A stretch of DNA of 64,000 bases from the NCBI GenBank assembly GCA_002388665.1, contig DGMY01000040.1:8093-72092 (forward strand), read 5' to 3'. The DNA is from Opitutia bacterium UBA4506. Lineage in GTDB: Bacteria; Verrucomicrobiota; Verrucomicrobiia; Opitutales; Puniceicoccaceae. Below are positions 38,238 through 47,620 of the stretch, one piece after another. The notes under the pieces were generated by a model. That model had not been told where the DNA came from, searched no databases, and saw only the letters and a program-made list of their open reading frames with translations. How positions within the stretch are numbered: the stretch's first letter is position 1; each line of letters starts with the position of its first letter. The position numbers and the translations under genes are program-made.

Positions 38238-39497
38238 ATGAGCAGAGTCGTTGTCACGGGCTTGGGCTTCATCACGAGTATCGGTAACAACCGGGATGAC
38301 GTTCACAGCAGTTTGGAGGATCTCCGGTCGGGGATCGAGTGGTATCCGGGCTTCGATAAGCCGAAGATTCCGATCAGTGTCCTTGGGACGATCAAAGATT
38401 TCGACACATCCTCGATGGATCAGGAAGATTGGTCCTATCCTTCGCAGTATCGTCTGAATCGGTCCTTCTTGCGAAGTCTTTCGCCTCACGTCCTTTACGG
38501 ATATTGTGCGATGAAGGATGCGATCCAGGACGCGGGTCTTGAGCCCGAAGAGATTTCGCATCCGGATACGGGAATGTTTACGGCCTCGGCCGGTTCGACT
38601 TCTTCGTTGGTCTACCACGTCAACCACCTCCGGGAGTACGGGGCGGAGCGGTCTCAGCCCAAAGCGATTGTCGCCTCGATTGCCGGCACCCTGAACTTTA
38701 ATCTCGCGAGCCATTTTCATATTCGCGGAGCAACTTGCGGGTATGTCTCGGCTTGCGCCTCATCCGGGCATGCTCTGGCGGCTGCGTACGAAGAGATCGC
38801 CTCGGGCCGGCAGCAGCGGATGGTTGTCGTCGGGGCTGAGGATGGAAATGCCGAGTGTATTTTGCCGTTTGCGGCCATGCGGGCTCTTTCGGTCAATCCG
38901 GATCCCACGACTGCCTCGCGACCTTTTGATCGCGATCACGACGGTTTTGTCGGTACCGGCGGGGGCGTCGCAATGATTTTAGAGTCGGAAGAGTTGGCGC
39001 AATCCCGCGGGGCTTCCGTGTATGCTCGCATGAGCGGGTACGGGCAGGCCTCCGATGGATACAGTGCCGTTCTCCCCGAGCCGGATGGCGACGGGCTGCG
39101 CCGCGCGATTGAATTGGCACTCAAGAGAGCCGATCTTTCTGCCTCCGACATTGAGTACGTCAATGCGCATGCGCCCTCAACGCAGATGGGTGACCTCGCC
39201 GAGATCAAGGCTTTGCGCAAGGTCTTTGCCGAGAAGGGGCTGTCGCCGATGGTCAGCAGTACGAAGGCTCTCACCGGGCACGCTCTCTCGATGGCGAGTA
39301 TCCTCGAAGCGGGTATTTCGGTGTTGGCGATGAAGAATGGTTTCTTACCCGGGTCCGCGAATTTCGTAAACCCTGAGAAGGGAGCCGAAGATTTGAATAT
39401 CATCTCGCAAACGAGAAAGCAGCAAATCGATCGGTTGATCACGAACAGTAGTGGTTTCGGTGGCGCGAACGTTTGTCTCGTTTTCGAGCGGGAGTAG
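38238..39497 (+). CDS. Beta-ketoacyl-ACP synthase (FabB/FabF family, FabB-like)
   Basis: RVVVTGLG..SIGNN, SACASS (Cys), NAHAPST (His), STKALTGH (His), NSSGFGGAN; start at MSRVVV. Confidence 0.9.
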   Translation: MSRVVVTGLGFITSIGNNRDDVHSSLEDLRSGIEWYPGFDKPKIPISVLGTIKDFDTSSMDQEDWSYPSQYRLNRSFLRSLSPHVLYGYCAMKDAIQDAGLEPEEISHPDTGMFTASAGSTSSLVYHVNHLREYGAERSQPKAIVASIAGTLNFNLASHFHIRGATCGYVSACASSGHALAAAYEEIASGRQQRMVVVGAEDGNAECILPFAAMRALSVNPDPTTASRPFDRDHDGFVGTGGGVAMILESEELAQSRGASVYARMSGYGQASDGYSAVLPEPDGDGLRRAIELALKRADLSASDIEYVNAHAPSTQMGDLAEIKALRKVFAEKGLSPMVSSTKALTGHALSMASILEAGISVLAMKNGFLPGSANFVNPEKGAEDLNIISQTRKQQIDRLITNSSGFGGANVCLVFERE

Positions 39498-39577
39498 GGG
39501 ACATTGCGCTTTTGTCTCGGTCTCTACCGGTTTTTGATCGTGTGGAAGCGAAGCACAGCCAACAGTTCCCGACCAGT

Positions 39578-40405
39578 ATGAGCCGTTTTTCACAGCGTTT
39601 TCCCACGGCCTTTGTTACCGGAGGCAGTTCGGGCTTGGGTCGTGTGTTAGTGGAGGGACTGCTCTCTGAGGGGGTCGAAGTCTGGGCGGGGAGCCGAAGT
39701 GTTGAGCGCGTGAAGCAGACTGGCCTGCCGGTTCATCCAGTCGCTTTAGACTTGTCGGATCGTCAGGGGGTCGAGGATTTTCTGAGGGCGCCGACCTGGT
39801 CTCGTTGTCCGGCTTTGTTGATCAACAACGCTGGTTTCGGGCAGTTTGGAACCATTGGGTCCATCGAACCGGACGAGTTGTCAAAGCAGGTGATCGCAAT
39901 GCAGGAGAGCGCGATGATTCTCTCCCGCCATTTCCTGATTCAGCCGGGTGAGCCCGCCCCCGCGGTCGTAAATGTTTCCTCGCTCGCAGTTGAGTTTCCT
40001 ATTCCCTACCTCCATGCGTACAATTCGGTGAAGGGGGGATTGTCCGGTTTTTCCCGGTCGCTCGCCATGGAATTTCCCGGAGGGAAAGACCGGTCGTTTG
40101 TCGTTGATTTGCGTCCGGGAGATTTTCGCACAGGGTTCAATGACGCGGTCGACTTGGATTCCAAGAATTCTGATTTGGATCCAGTTTGGGACGCGCTCGA
40201 GCATCATTTGAAAAATGGCGCGGTTCCCGAATCAATTTGGCCACCGGTACGAAGGGCTTTGCTCAGAGAGCGTTCCCGCACGGTTCGCGTGGGTACTTTT
40301 TTCCAAGCGAAACTCGCCCCGGTCCTGTCCCGCTTTTTTCCGGAAACGTGGGTCGATAAGGTCCATCGGAGTTATTACGACCTGGGTAAGGTGGGTCGAG
40401 GTTGA
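39578..40405 (+). CDS. Short-chain dehydrogenase/reductase
   Basis: TGGSSGLG, INNAGFG, VNVSS, YNSVK (YxxxK). Confidence 0.9.
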   Translation: MSRFSQRFPTAFVTGGSSGLGRVLVEGLLSEGVEVWAGSRSVERVKQTGLPVHPVALDLSDRQGVEDFLRAPTWSRCPALLINNAGFGQFGTIGSIEPDELSKQVIAMQESAMILSRHFLIQPGEPAPAVVNVSSLAVEFPIPYLHAYNSVKGGLSGFSRSLAMEFPGGKDRSFVVDLRPGDFRTGFNDAVDLDSKNSDLDPVWDALEHHLKNGAVPESIWPPVRRALLRERSRTVRVGTFFQAKLAPVLSRFFPETWVDKVHRSYYDLGKVGRG

Positions 40406-40426
40406 GTTGAAGGAAGCAAAGGCGAA

Positions 40427-41527
40427 GTGAAAATTTTGGCCATTCAGGACTATCTTCGGGTGGGCGGAACCGAAACTCAGTTTCTCAATCTCACTGCGCG
40501 ATGGGCCGGAGAGGGCCATGAAGTTCAGCGGCTCTTGTTTCGGCGGGGCGGGGCGCTTTACCCACTCGCGCTCGCGGAGGGTCCGCCCCCCCGGGTCCTC
40601 CAGCCGTTCTCGACTCCCTGGAACTGGTGGGCCCCTCGTTTGCGCTCGACGGTTTTGAGTTTTCAGCCGGATCGCGTCATCTGTTTTGGCCGGAATGCGC
40701 ACTGGTCGTTTTCCCGGCAGTTTAAGGAGACGGAACTATCCGGTCTGGTTGCCACGCTGCGTACCGGAAGATCCCTGCCAGCAGGTTATAGGCGTATCCT
40801 CGGCGCGGCAGAGAGCACGGTGACCAATAGTCGATATGCCGCAGGGTTGGCCGTCCAGAACGGCGCGTCTTCGGGCCGCGTTCAAGTCATCGAGAACGGT
40901 TGCCGATTGGCGGATGCGGTCGTTCCCGACCGGAGTGCTGCCAGAAAGGCACTCGGATTGGAGGACCATGACTGCTGTGTATTGTGTCTCGGTTCATTCG
41001 TCCCAGGGAAGGCACAGGAGCGACTCCTGTCGGTCTGGAAGGAGATTTCTCCCGGTAGCAGGAGGCGCTTGCGACTGTGGTTTGTCGGAGATGGACCGCG
41101 TCGGGCAGACGTGGAGAATGCGGCAATGGACCTGCCCGACGGCGACCGAATTCAGTTTTGGGGCAGTCGATCAGATCCCGAACAATTTCTCGCGGCAGCA
41201 GACGGAATGGTTTCTGTCTCGCGTGAAGAATCCTCTCCGAATGCATTGGTGGAAGGGCTTTGGGTTGGATTGCCGATCGCCGCGACTCGGTGTGCGGGGG
41301 TGGAGGAGTTGGTCTCAGAGGAATCAGGAGGCCTGTTGGTCGAAGATTCTTTGGAAGGGGAACGCCGGATTGCCAGTTGGCTGGAGTCACACCCTCAGGA
41401 GGCGGAGCGTCGCCTCGCGGCCTGTCAATCCTATCGGGAGGTTGCTCGGAAGCGCTTTGATCCCACGTTGAGAGCTGATGATTACCTGCAGTTGTTCGAC
41501 CGGCTGAATCGATTTTCTGCGGTATAG
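40427..41527 (+). CDS. Glycosyltransferase, GT4 family
   Basis: GGTETQ, VIENG, KAQERLL, VGDGP, SREESSPNALVEG (EX7E); GTG start. Confidence 0.88.
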   Translation: MKILAIQDYLRVGGTETQFLNLTARWAGEGHEVQRLLFRRGGALYPLALAEGPPPRVLQPFSTPWNWWAPRLRSTVLSFQPDRVICFGRNAHWSFSRQFKETELSGLVATLRTGRSLPAGYRRILGAAESTVTNSRYAAGLAVQNGASSGRVQVIENGCRLADAVVPDRSAARKALGLEDHDCCVLCLGSFVPGKAQERLLSVWKEISPGSRRRLRLWFVGDGPRRADVENAAMDLPDGDRIQFWGSRSDPEQFLAAADGMVSVSREESSPNALVEGLWVGLPIAATRCAGVEELVSEESGGLLVEDSLEGERRIASWLESHPQEAERRLAACQSYREVARKRFDPTLRADDYLQLFDRLNRFSAV

Positions 41528-41709
41528 CGGGAAGCCGCACATTCGAAGATAGATTGCACATCGGAACTCGAAGATCCTCGGCGATTGGGAGTGGATTGAC
41601 TGAGAAATCGCATGGATCTCAGCCCGACCGCTTTCACGCGAAGTCAGCTTGTGTGAGATTTTGAAATATTTCCTTTTCTTTCAATGCACTAAAATCCGAT
41701 AGTAGACGG

Positions 41710-43218
41710 ATGCCTAAACCCTTCTCTACCTCTCTTTATCTCGTTTCGATACTCAGTTCCTCGCTGGTTTCTCAAGCCGAAGTGAGTCTGCCAAACATTT
41801 TTGGCGACCACATGGTGTTCCAGCGTGAGCAAACCAATCCCGTATGGGGATGGGCCGAGGCCGGGGAGGAGGTGACGGTGTCCATCAACGGTCAGTCGCA
41901 TTCGACGACGGCTGACGAGAACGGTGACTGGCAGGTTGACCTGGAAGCGCTTCCAGTGGGCGGGCCCTATACGCTAACGGTCGAGGGGGAGAACTCGCTG
42001 ACTATCGAAGACGTACTTTCCGGCGAGGTTTGGCTTTGCTCTGGGCAGTCGAACATGGTTTGGCCCGTTAGCCGTTCGAATCACGCCGACGTTGAGATCG
42101 TCTCAGCAAATTTCCCAGAGATTCGATTGATTTCGATTCCCAATGTGGGTACGCAGGAACCGCAGGAAAACTTCAAAGGAGAGTGGGCTGTGTGTTCTCC
42201 CGAATCGGTACCGAACTTTTCGGCCGTAGGATATTTCTTTGGTCGTAGGATCCATAATACACTCGGCGTCCCGGTGGGGCTCATCGACAACGCCTGGGGC
42301 GGTTCCGCTGCAGAGGCCTGGGTGCCTCGGGAAGTGCTGGCAGAGTCGGATACCTTTACGGAATACCTCGATAATTGGGATCAGAAAATTGAAAACTTCA
42401 GTGAGGAAGCACACGCAGAGAAGCTCGCGGAGTTCAAAGCTTGGAAAGCCGCGGGAAGTCCAGAGCCGCGTATGAGGTATCCCCGTGATATCAGAGTTGG
42501 AAACGCTCGTCCCGGAAACTTGTACAACGGCGTTCTCAATCCGGTGATCGGGTACGGCATCCGCGGGGCTATCTGGTACCAGGGAGAGTCGAATGCTGGC
42601 CGGTCGGCAGAATATCAGGAATTGTTTCCCTTGATGATCTCGACTTGGAGAGATTCATGGGACCAGGGAGATTTTCCGTTCTACTGGGTCCAGTTGGCTG
42701 ATTTTAAGGAGGAACAGGACTCTCCAGCTCCCGGAGGATGGGCCTACGTACGTGAGGCGCAAACGATGACTTTGTCACTTCCGAATACAGGTGAGGCAGT
42801 GATCATTGACGCGGGGGAGGGTCGAGATATTCATCCGCGCGACAAGCAAACGGTTGCAGACCGTTTGGTGCGTCATGCTCTGGCCAATGAGTACGGTTTC
42901 GATTTGCAGGCGGCAAGCCCTCGATATGAGTCCATGGAAGTCTCGGGCAATGAGGTCATTCTCACCTTTTCCGAGGTCGATGAGGGGCTTTACGCTTTCG
43001 AAACCAAAGAGGTCATAGGGTTCGCCATTGCCGGTGAGGATGGTGAGTACGTCTACGCGGATGCTGAAATCGTTGGGAAAAACCAGGTGAAAGTGTTTGC
43101 CGAAGAGGTGGAGGTCCCTGTCGCGGTCCGCTACGCCTGGGCAAGCAATCCGGTTGCAAATCTGTATGACCGTAATGGCTTGCCGGTGACCCCATTCCGG
43201 ACTGATTCCGGCGAATAG
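41710..43218 (+). CDS. Sialate O-acetylesterase (SGNH carbohydrate esterase)
   Basis: Signal peptide; GEVWLCSGQSNM, WYQGESN, DIHPRDK, VRYAW, PFRTD. Confidence 0.92.
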   Translation: MPKPFSTSLYLVSILSSSLVSQAEVSLPNIFGDHMVFQREQTNPVWGWAEAGEEVTVSINGQSHSTTADENGDWQVDLEALPVGGPYTLTVEGENSLTIEDVLSGEVWLCSGQSNMVWPVSRSNHADVEIVSANFPEIRLISIPNVGTQEPQENFKGEWAVCSPESVPNFSAVGYFFGRRIHNTLGVPVGLIDNAWGGSAAEAWVPREVLAESDTFTEYLDNWDQKIENFSEEAHAEKLAEFKAWKAAGSPEPRMRYPRDIRVGNARPGNLYNGVLNPVIGYGIRGAIWYQGESNAGRSAEYQELFPLMISTWRDSWDQGDFPFYWVQLADFKEEQDSPAPGGWAYVREAQTMTLSLPNTGEAVIIDAGEGRDIHPRDKQTVADRLVRHALANEYGFDLQAASPRYESMEVSGNEVILTFSEVDEGLYAFETKEVIGFAIAGEDGEYVYADAEIVGKNQVKVFAEEVEVPVAVRYAWASNPVANLYDRNGLPVTPFRTDSGE

Positions 43219-43247
43219 GTTTACAGGCCTTTTCGATCCGATTCGGG

Positions 43248-44891
43248 TTGCCTCACTGGAGCATCGTTTTCAACCTAGCAGCACCTTCCGAATCCGGTTT
43301 TTCCGGTAGGTCGGTGTGTGTTGCCGTGGTGAACATCAGGGATTGGAACGTGTTTGTGGGGACCAGATTGGGCTGGTTTTTCCTGTGGATCTGTCTCCTC
43401 GTCTCCGGGAAAAATGGGGCGAATGCGGAGCCATACACAGTGGGTTGGTTTCTCTGGGATCCCTATGTACTCGAGGTGGAGGAGAATGGTGTTCAAAAAC
43501 TCTCGGGACTGAATGTTGAATTGGCCAACGCTGTCTTTGAGAAGATGGACCTGGAGGTCGAGTGGAAGGAAGTGGAATGGAAGGCCTATATGGACGAGAT
43601 GGCTCGACTGAAAGGCGACATCGCTGTGGGGGCCTCTCTGACGAGCGAGCGGGAGAAGGTCGCCTGGTTCTCGGATCCGTTCTTTGAGGAGAGTATTATT
43701 CTCTTGGGCCGGCGGAATGTCCCGAATCTGGAGTCGGACCTATCGCCAGCCGACCTCTTGCAAAAGGTCGAGGACCTGGGTCTGCGCGTAGTGTATGTGG
43801 ATGGCTACTACTACGGGCCAGCTGTGCTGAACTTTATTGAAAATTTGCCAGAGGAACAGCGTGTTGGCACCATGAACGACAGTGTGAGCATGGATCTGCT
43901 TCTAAACAATGAGGCAGATGTCATGATTGCTGATCGCTTCGTGGCGACGACGATTGCATGGCGGGCCGATGCGCTCGATGAAATCGAAATCTACCCTGCG
44001 CTCCTCAATCGGTCATCAATGCACGTCATGTTTGGCAAGGGATCATTCGATCCCGAAATACGGGATGAGTTCAATAGGACTCTCGCCGAGATGGAACTAG
44101 ACGGTTCAATTCAGGACATCAAGAGACGCTACATGCTACCGGTTCTCTTGGAGATCACTCTTCATTCGAATTGGTTTAGGTGGATTGGAATGGTTGGGGT
44201 TTTTGCCTTTGCGATCTCAGGTGTCCTTCTTGCTCGCAAAGAAGGGTACGACCTTTTCGGTGCGTTGGTACTGGCTAGCCTTCCCGCTCTAGGAGGGGGT
44301 GTTCTGCGCGACCTTTTGACCGATCGGCATCCCATTCTTCTCTTTCGTTCAAATCTTCAGGTATACATTTTTATCGTCATCGGTGTAGTGATCGGGGCAA
44401 CGGTCTGTTTCAAGGTTTACGATTTCCTGCAGAAGAGACGTCCAGGCTCGGGGGCTTTCTTTGGCTCGCGGTTCGTTAAATTGCCCATGCGATTGGTGAG
44501 CATCTGTGATGCCTTGGGCCTCTCCGCTTTCATTGTGACGGGTGTGTTGATTGCCCTGGAACAGCGGTGTGAGCCCTTGTGGTTGTGGGGTGCGCTGATT
44601 GCTGCCTTAACCGGTTCCGGTGGAGGTATTCTTCGAGACATCGTTCGAGCTGATGCAGAGAACCCGATGATAAAGGGGGAGTTCTATCCGGAAATTGCAA
44701 TTATCTGGGGGTTCTTCCTGTCGTTGTTTTTGGAATGGCAGACTACCCGCCTCAATTTGATCGAGATCGGGACTGCGGTTGTGGTCACGATGGTGGGCGC
44801 TTTTGTCACGAGGATGCTCGTAATCCGTTTTCAAATTAGAAGTCCTCTCCTGTCTCCCAGTATTTCTAATGCGAGGCCTCGTGCTTCCTAG
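43248..44891 (+). CDS. Fusion of amino-acid-type substrate-binding domain (SBP family 3) and TRIC/UPF0126 channel domain
   Basis: WDPY, G.NVEL..AV, T.ERE..AWFSDP, GSIQDIKRRY, then TRIC repeats FAISG..YDLFG..ALGGGVLRDLL and DALGL..GGGILRDIV..EFY; real start probably the GTG near 43350. Confidence 0.85.
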   Translation: MPHWSIVFNLAAPSESGFSGRSVCVAVVNIRDWNVFVGTRLGWFFLWICLLVSGKNGANAEPYTVGWFLWDPYVLEVEENGVQKLSGLNVELANAVFEKMDLEVEWKEVEWKAYMDEMARLKGDIAVGASLTSEREKVAWFSDPFFEESIILLGRRNVPNLESDLSPADLLQKVEDLGLRVVYVDGYYYGPAVLNFIENLPEEQRVGTMNDSVSMDLLLNNEADVMIADRFVATTIAWRADALDEIEIYPALLNRSSMHVMFGKGSFDPEIRDEFNRTLAEMELDGSIQDIKRRYMLPVLLEITLHSNWFRWIGMVGVFAFAISGVLLARKEGYDLFGALVLASLPALGGGVLRDLLTDRHPILLFRSNLQVYIFIVIGVVIGATVCFKVYDFLQKRRPGSGAFFGSRFVKLPMRLVSICDALGLSAFIVTGVLIALEQRCEPLWLWGALIAALTGSGGGILRDIVRADAENPMIKGEFYPEIAIIWGFFLSLFLEWQTTRLNLIEIGTAVVVTMVGAFVTRMLVIRFQIRSPLLSPSISNARPRAS

Positions 44892-45148
44892 GGAGGCAGG
44901 CTTGGGAGGGTTCTCTGGCCCATTATTCACCCGTTTGAGAAGGGCGGCCGCAGGGAATGGCTCAAGAATCCTTTGGGGGAAATCGTTCCATTTCTCCGTT
45001 GGATTCTCAGTGGGCCGGGAATTCGGTTCTATGTGAATAGCATAAATGCCAATGCGGTTCGGTAGATGCTGCGGTTTGTGGGATAGTGAGTTTCGGCGTT
45101 TTCTGCCATTCCAAACCCCAATCCCCAACCCCAAACCAAGGTTCACCA

Positions 45149-47374
45149 ATGAATCGGACTTCATGGCTTCTCTACTTGTTTCTATTTCTCTCGGGCGCAA
45201 TCAACGCTGTGGCTACGGAATACTGGATTTCCCCCAGCGGTGACGGATCGCTGGATGGCACCGACGCGGCGAATGCGATGCCGAAGAGCCAGATCGACAC
45301 TGTCCTCAACACGACTATGGGAGCAGGAGACACCCTGTTTCTGCTTTCGGGCGACTATGGATCGACTCAAATCTCACTTTCCTCAGATGGGGCGGAAGGA
45401 AATCCCAAGAGAATTGTCGGTGTAGATTCTGGCAGCGGATTGCCTCATTTTAGTGGAAATGGATCGTGGGGCAGGGACGATCCGGATTCAGGCCAGTGGC
45501 AGATTATCGGAGTCTATGGTCATCACTGGGTAGTCGAAGGTTTGGAACTGAGCGGAGTTCGCCGCGCGATCACAAACTCAAGTGGCAGTTCAGCGAGTTC
45601 GATACATTTTAAGAATCTCGATATTCACGACGTCCGTCACGGGCTCTACATCTACAATTTGGATGATTCGGTGTTCGAGGACGTGAAGGTGACTCACTAT
45701 ACCAAGCACGCATATCGCTTAGAGCAGGGCTGTGATGACGTGATGTTTCTTTCCTGCCTCGCGGATATGACCGATGGCGACACTAGCTGGTGGGCCTACG
45801 CGGAACTCTATCCATTTGGCTTTTTGTCCGAGGGAAAGAGTGTTGGAAATACGAATATCTCTTTCGTTGATTGTATTTCGAAAAACAACCGGAAGAACCT
45901 CCAGGACCGTAGTTATTGGAACGGGGACGGATTCGTCGTCGAAGGTGGAACCACAGGGGTCACTTTCGAAAATTGCATTTCGCTGAACAACGAGGATGGA
46001 GGGTTCGACCTAAAGCCCGAAGCCACAATCGTGAACTGCGTAGCCTTCCAAAATTACCGGGGGTTCCGCCTTTGGGGCGGAGGTACGATTACCAACAGTG
46101 TGGCAGGATTTCCCTACCGCCGGGCTGACCACGTGCCCGATGGAGTAGAATCTACCGGCGGAAGCGGAATTTGGACGAAGAATGGTACGCCTTCGCTGGA
46201 CTACTTTACGTTCTATGGGAACAAGGGTCGCGGCGCTCACGAAGAGGGCAGTGGATCGATCAGTTTAACCAACAGTATTCTCGCATTTTCCGGGGCGGAA
46301 GGAAGCTTCACCATTGGATCGGTTAGTTTGGGGGCTGGAACGGTTACCTATAAGTCAGGCTCCGGTGTTGATCCGGACTTCGTCAATCCACAATTGGGCT
46401 GGGATGGAATAGGGGACGACATGAACAGTCAGACCTACGAAGATTCCAAAGGCTACTTTCGTGGTGCTTTGGGCTTTGCGATGGAGGCGGGGAATCTGAG
46501 CGCCTATACTAGTGGCCAGTCAGATGGATCGAGCACAGCGACCTTGGATTCAACCGGCACGGCGTTGACTCTCTCCGGCAATATTTGGCGGAAGTACCCA
46601 CTTTCCTATGACATTACTGGAAACACGGTGATGCAGCTGAGTGTCGAGTCTAGCGATGTCGGAGAGATCATTGCGATCGGACTCGATAATGATAATGACT
46701 ACGAAGGATCGGCGAGGAATTTCAAGCTCGGTGGAAGTCAGTCGAGTGTCGCCGATTTCCATGTCATCAGTCCTGCATACGGCGCTGGTACTGGAATCGT
46801 CTGCTATCGAATTCCGGTCGGCGGGTTTTATACTGGCTCGATCAATTACCTGACGTTCATTGCCGATGATGACGACGATCAGAGTGCGGAGGTGACTTTC
46901 TCCCGAATCGAGATCTTCGAGTCGCCCGCTTTCGATGCTGCCAATCTTTCGGACTACGGCAATCAGACCGCGAGTGGGACTGCCACCCTCGAACAAAACG
47001 ACACTGCAGTTCACCTTGAAGGGAACATCTGGAGAAAGTATCCTTTTACTTATACCTTTACCGCGAACACCATGCTGGAGGTAACAGTTGACGCGAGCGA
47101 GGTAGGGGAAGTGATTGGGATCGGGTTCGATACCGACAACAGTTATACCAATTCGACAACGAATTGGATGTTGGGTGGAAGTCAGGCTCTGCCCAGTCAG
47201 TTCCAAGCAGTTTCTCCGGCGTACTCTGAGGGTGAAGGTGCGGTTACCTATGTGATTCCCGTCGGTTCCTATTTTACTGGGACCCGGAACTATATCACTC
47301 TCATTGCTGACGACGACGCGGCTGCCGCTGCCGACGTAGTCTTTTCCGATATCCGGGTATACGAAGCCCCGTAA
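45149..47374 (+). CDS. Secreted right-handed beta-helix (pectate lyase-like) protein with two C-terminal repeated beta-sandwich modules
   Basis: Signal peptide; SPSGDGSLDGT; NGDGF, NNEDGGFDLK, GFRLWGG; two ~150-aa repeats. Confidence 0.75.
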   Translation: MNRTSWLLYLFLFLSGAINAVATEYWISPSGDGSLDGTDAANAMPKSQIDTVLNTTMGAGDTLFLLSGDYGSTQISLSSDGAEGNPKRIVGVDSGSGLPHFSGNGSWGRDDPDSGQWQIIGVYGHHWVVEGLELSGVRRAITNSSGSSASSIHFKNLDIHDVRHGLYIYNLDDSVFEDVKVTHYTKHAYRLEQGCDDVMFLSCLADMTDGDTSWWAYAELYPFGFLSEGKSVGNTNISFVDCISKNNRKNLQDRSYWNGDGFVVEGGTTGVTFENCISLNNEDGGFDLKPEATIVNCVAFQNYRGFRLWGGGTITNSVAGFPYRRADHVPDGVESTGGSGIWTKNGTPSLDYFTFYGNKGRGAHEEGSGSISLTNSILAFSGAEGSFTIGSVSLGAGTVTYKSGSGVDPDFVNPQLGWDGIGDDMNSQTYEDSKGYFRGALGFAMEAGNLSAYTSGQSDGSSTATLDSTGTALTLSGNIWRKYPLSYDITGNTVMQLSVESSDVGEIIAIGLDNDNDYEGSARNFKLGGSQSSVADFHVISPAYGAGTGIVCYRIPVGGFYTGSINYLTFIADDDDDQSAEVTFSRIEIFESPAFDAANLSDYGNQTASGTATLEQNDTAVHLEGNIWRKYPFTYTFTANTMLEVTVDASEVGEVIGIGFDTDNSYTNSTTNWMLGGSQALPSQFQAVSPAYSEGEGAVTYVIPVGSYFTGTRNYITLIADDDAAAAADVVFSDIRVYEAP
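46475..47371 (+). repeat. Tandem duplication of a ~150-aa domain (46475-46927 and 46928-47371)
   Basis: Shared NLS.Y..Q, GNIWRKYP..Y..T.NT, VGE.I.IG.D.DN, LGGSQ, SPAY, Y.IPVG..YTG..NY.T.IADDD, V.FS.I...E. Confidence 0.9.
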
Positions 47375-47620
47375 CTAGCGTGAACGATCTCTATGAAACA
47401 AGCACAGTAGGTGAGCGCCTGCTGTCAGTCCATGAGTCTTCTCATTCGAATACGGCTGCTTTCGTAAGTGCAACTTCATGCGGGGAACGGTGGCGGGCCC
47501 GCTTGATCAATCTTGCTTCTTTAAATCGGAGCAGGATTGGGCTGGCTGAAAGTCGTTCAGGTGTTTTACTGGAAATTAGTTTTTACGAGTGTATGGCCGA
47601 ACTAGGCTGAGAAGATTTTT

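Noticed and set aside
44892-45148. Long intergenic region with partial inverted repeats, possible riboswitch
   Set aside because: No known aptamer consensus recognised; pairing is imperfect
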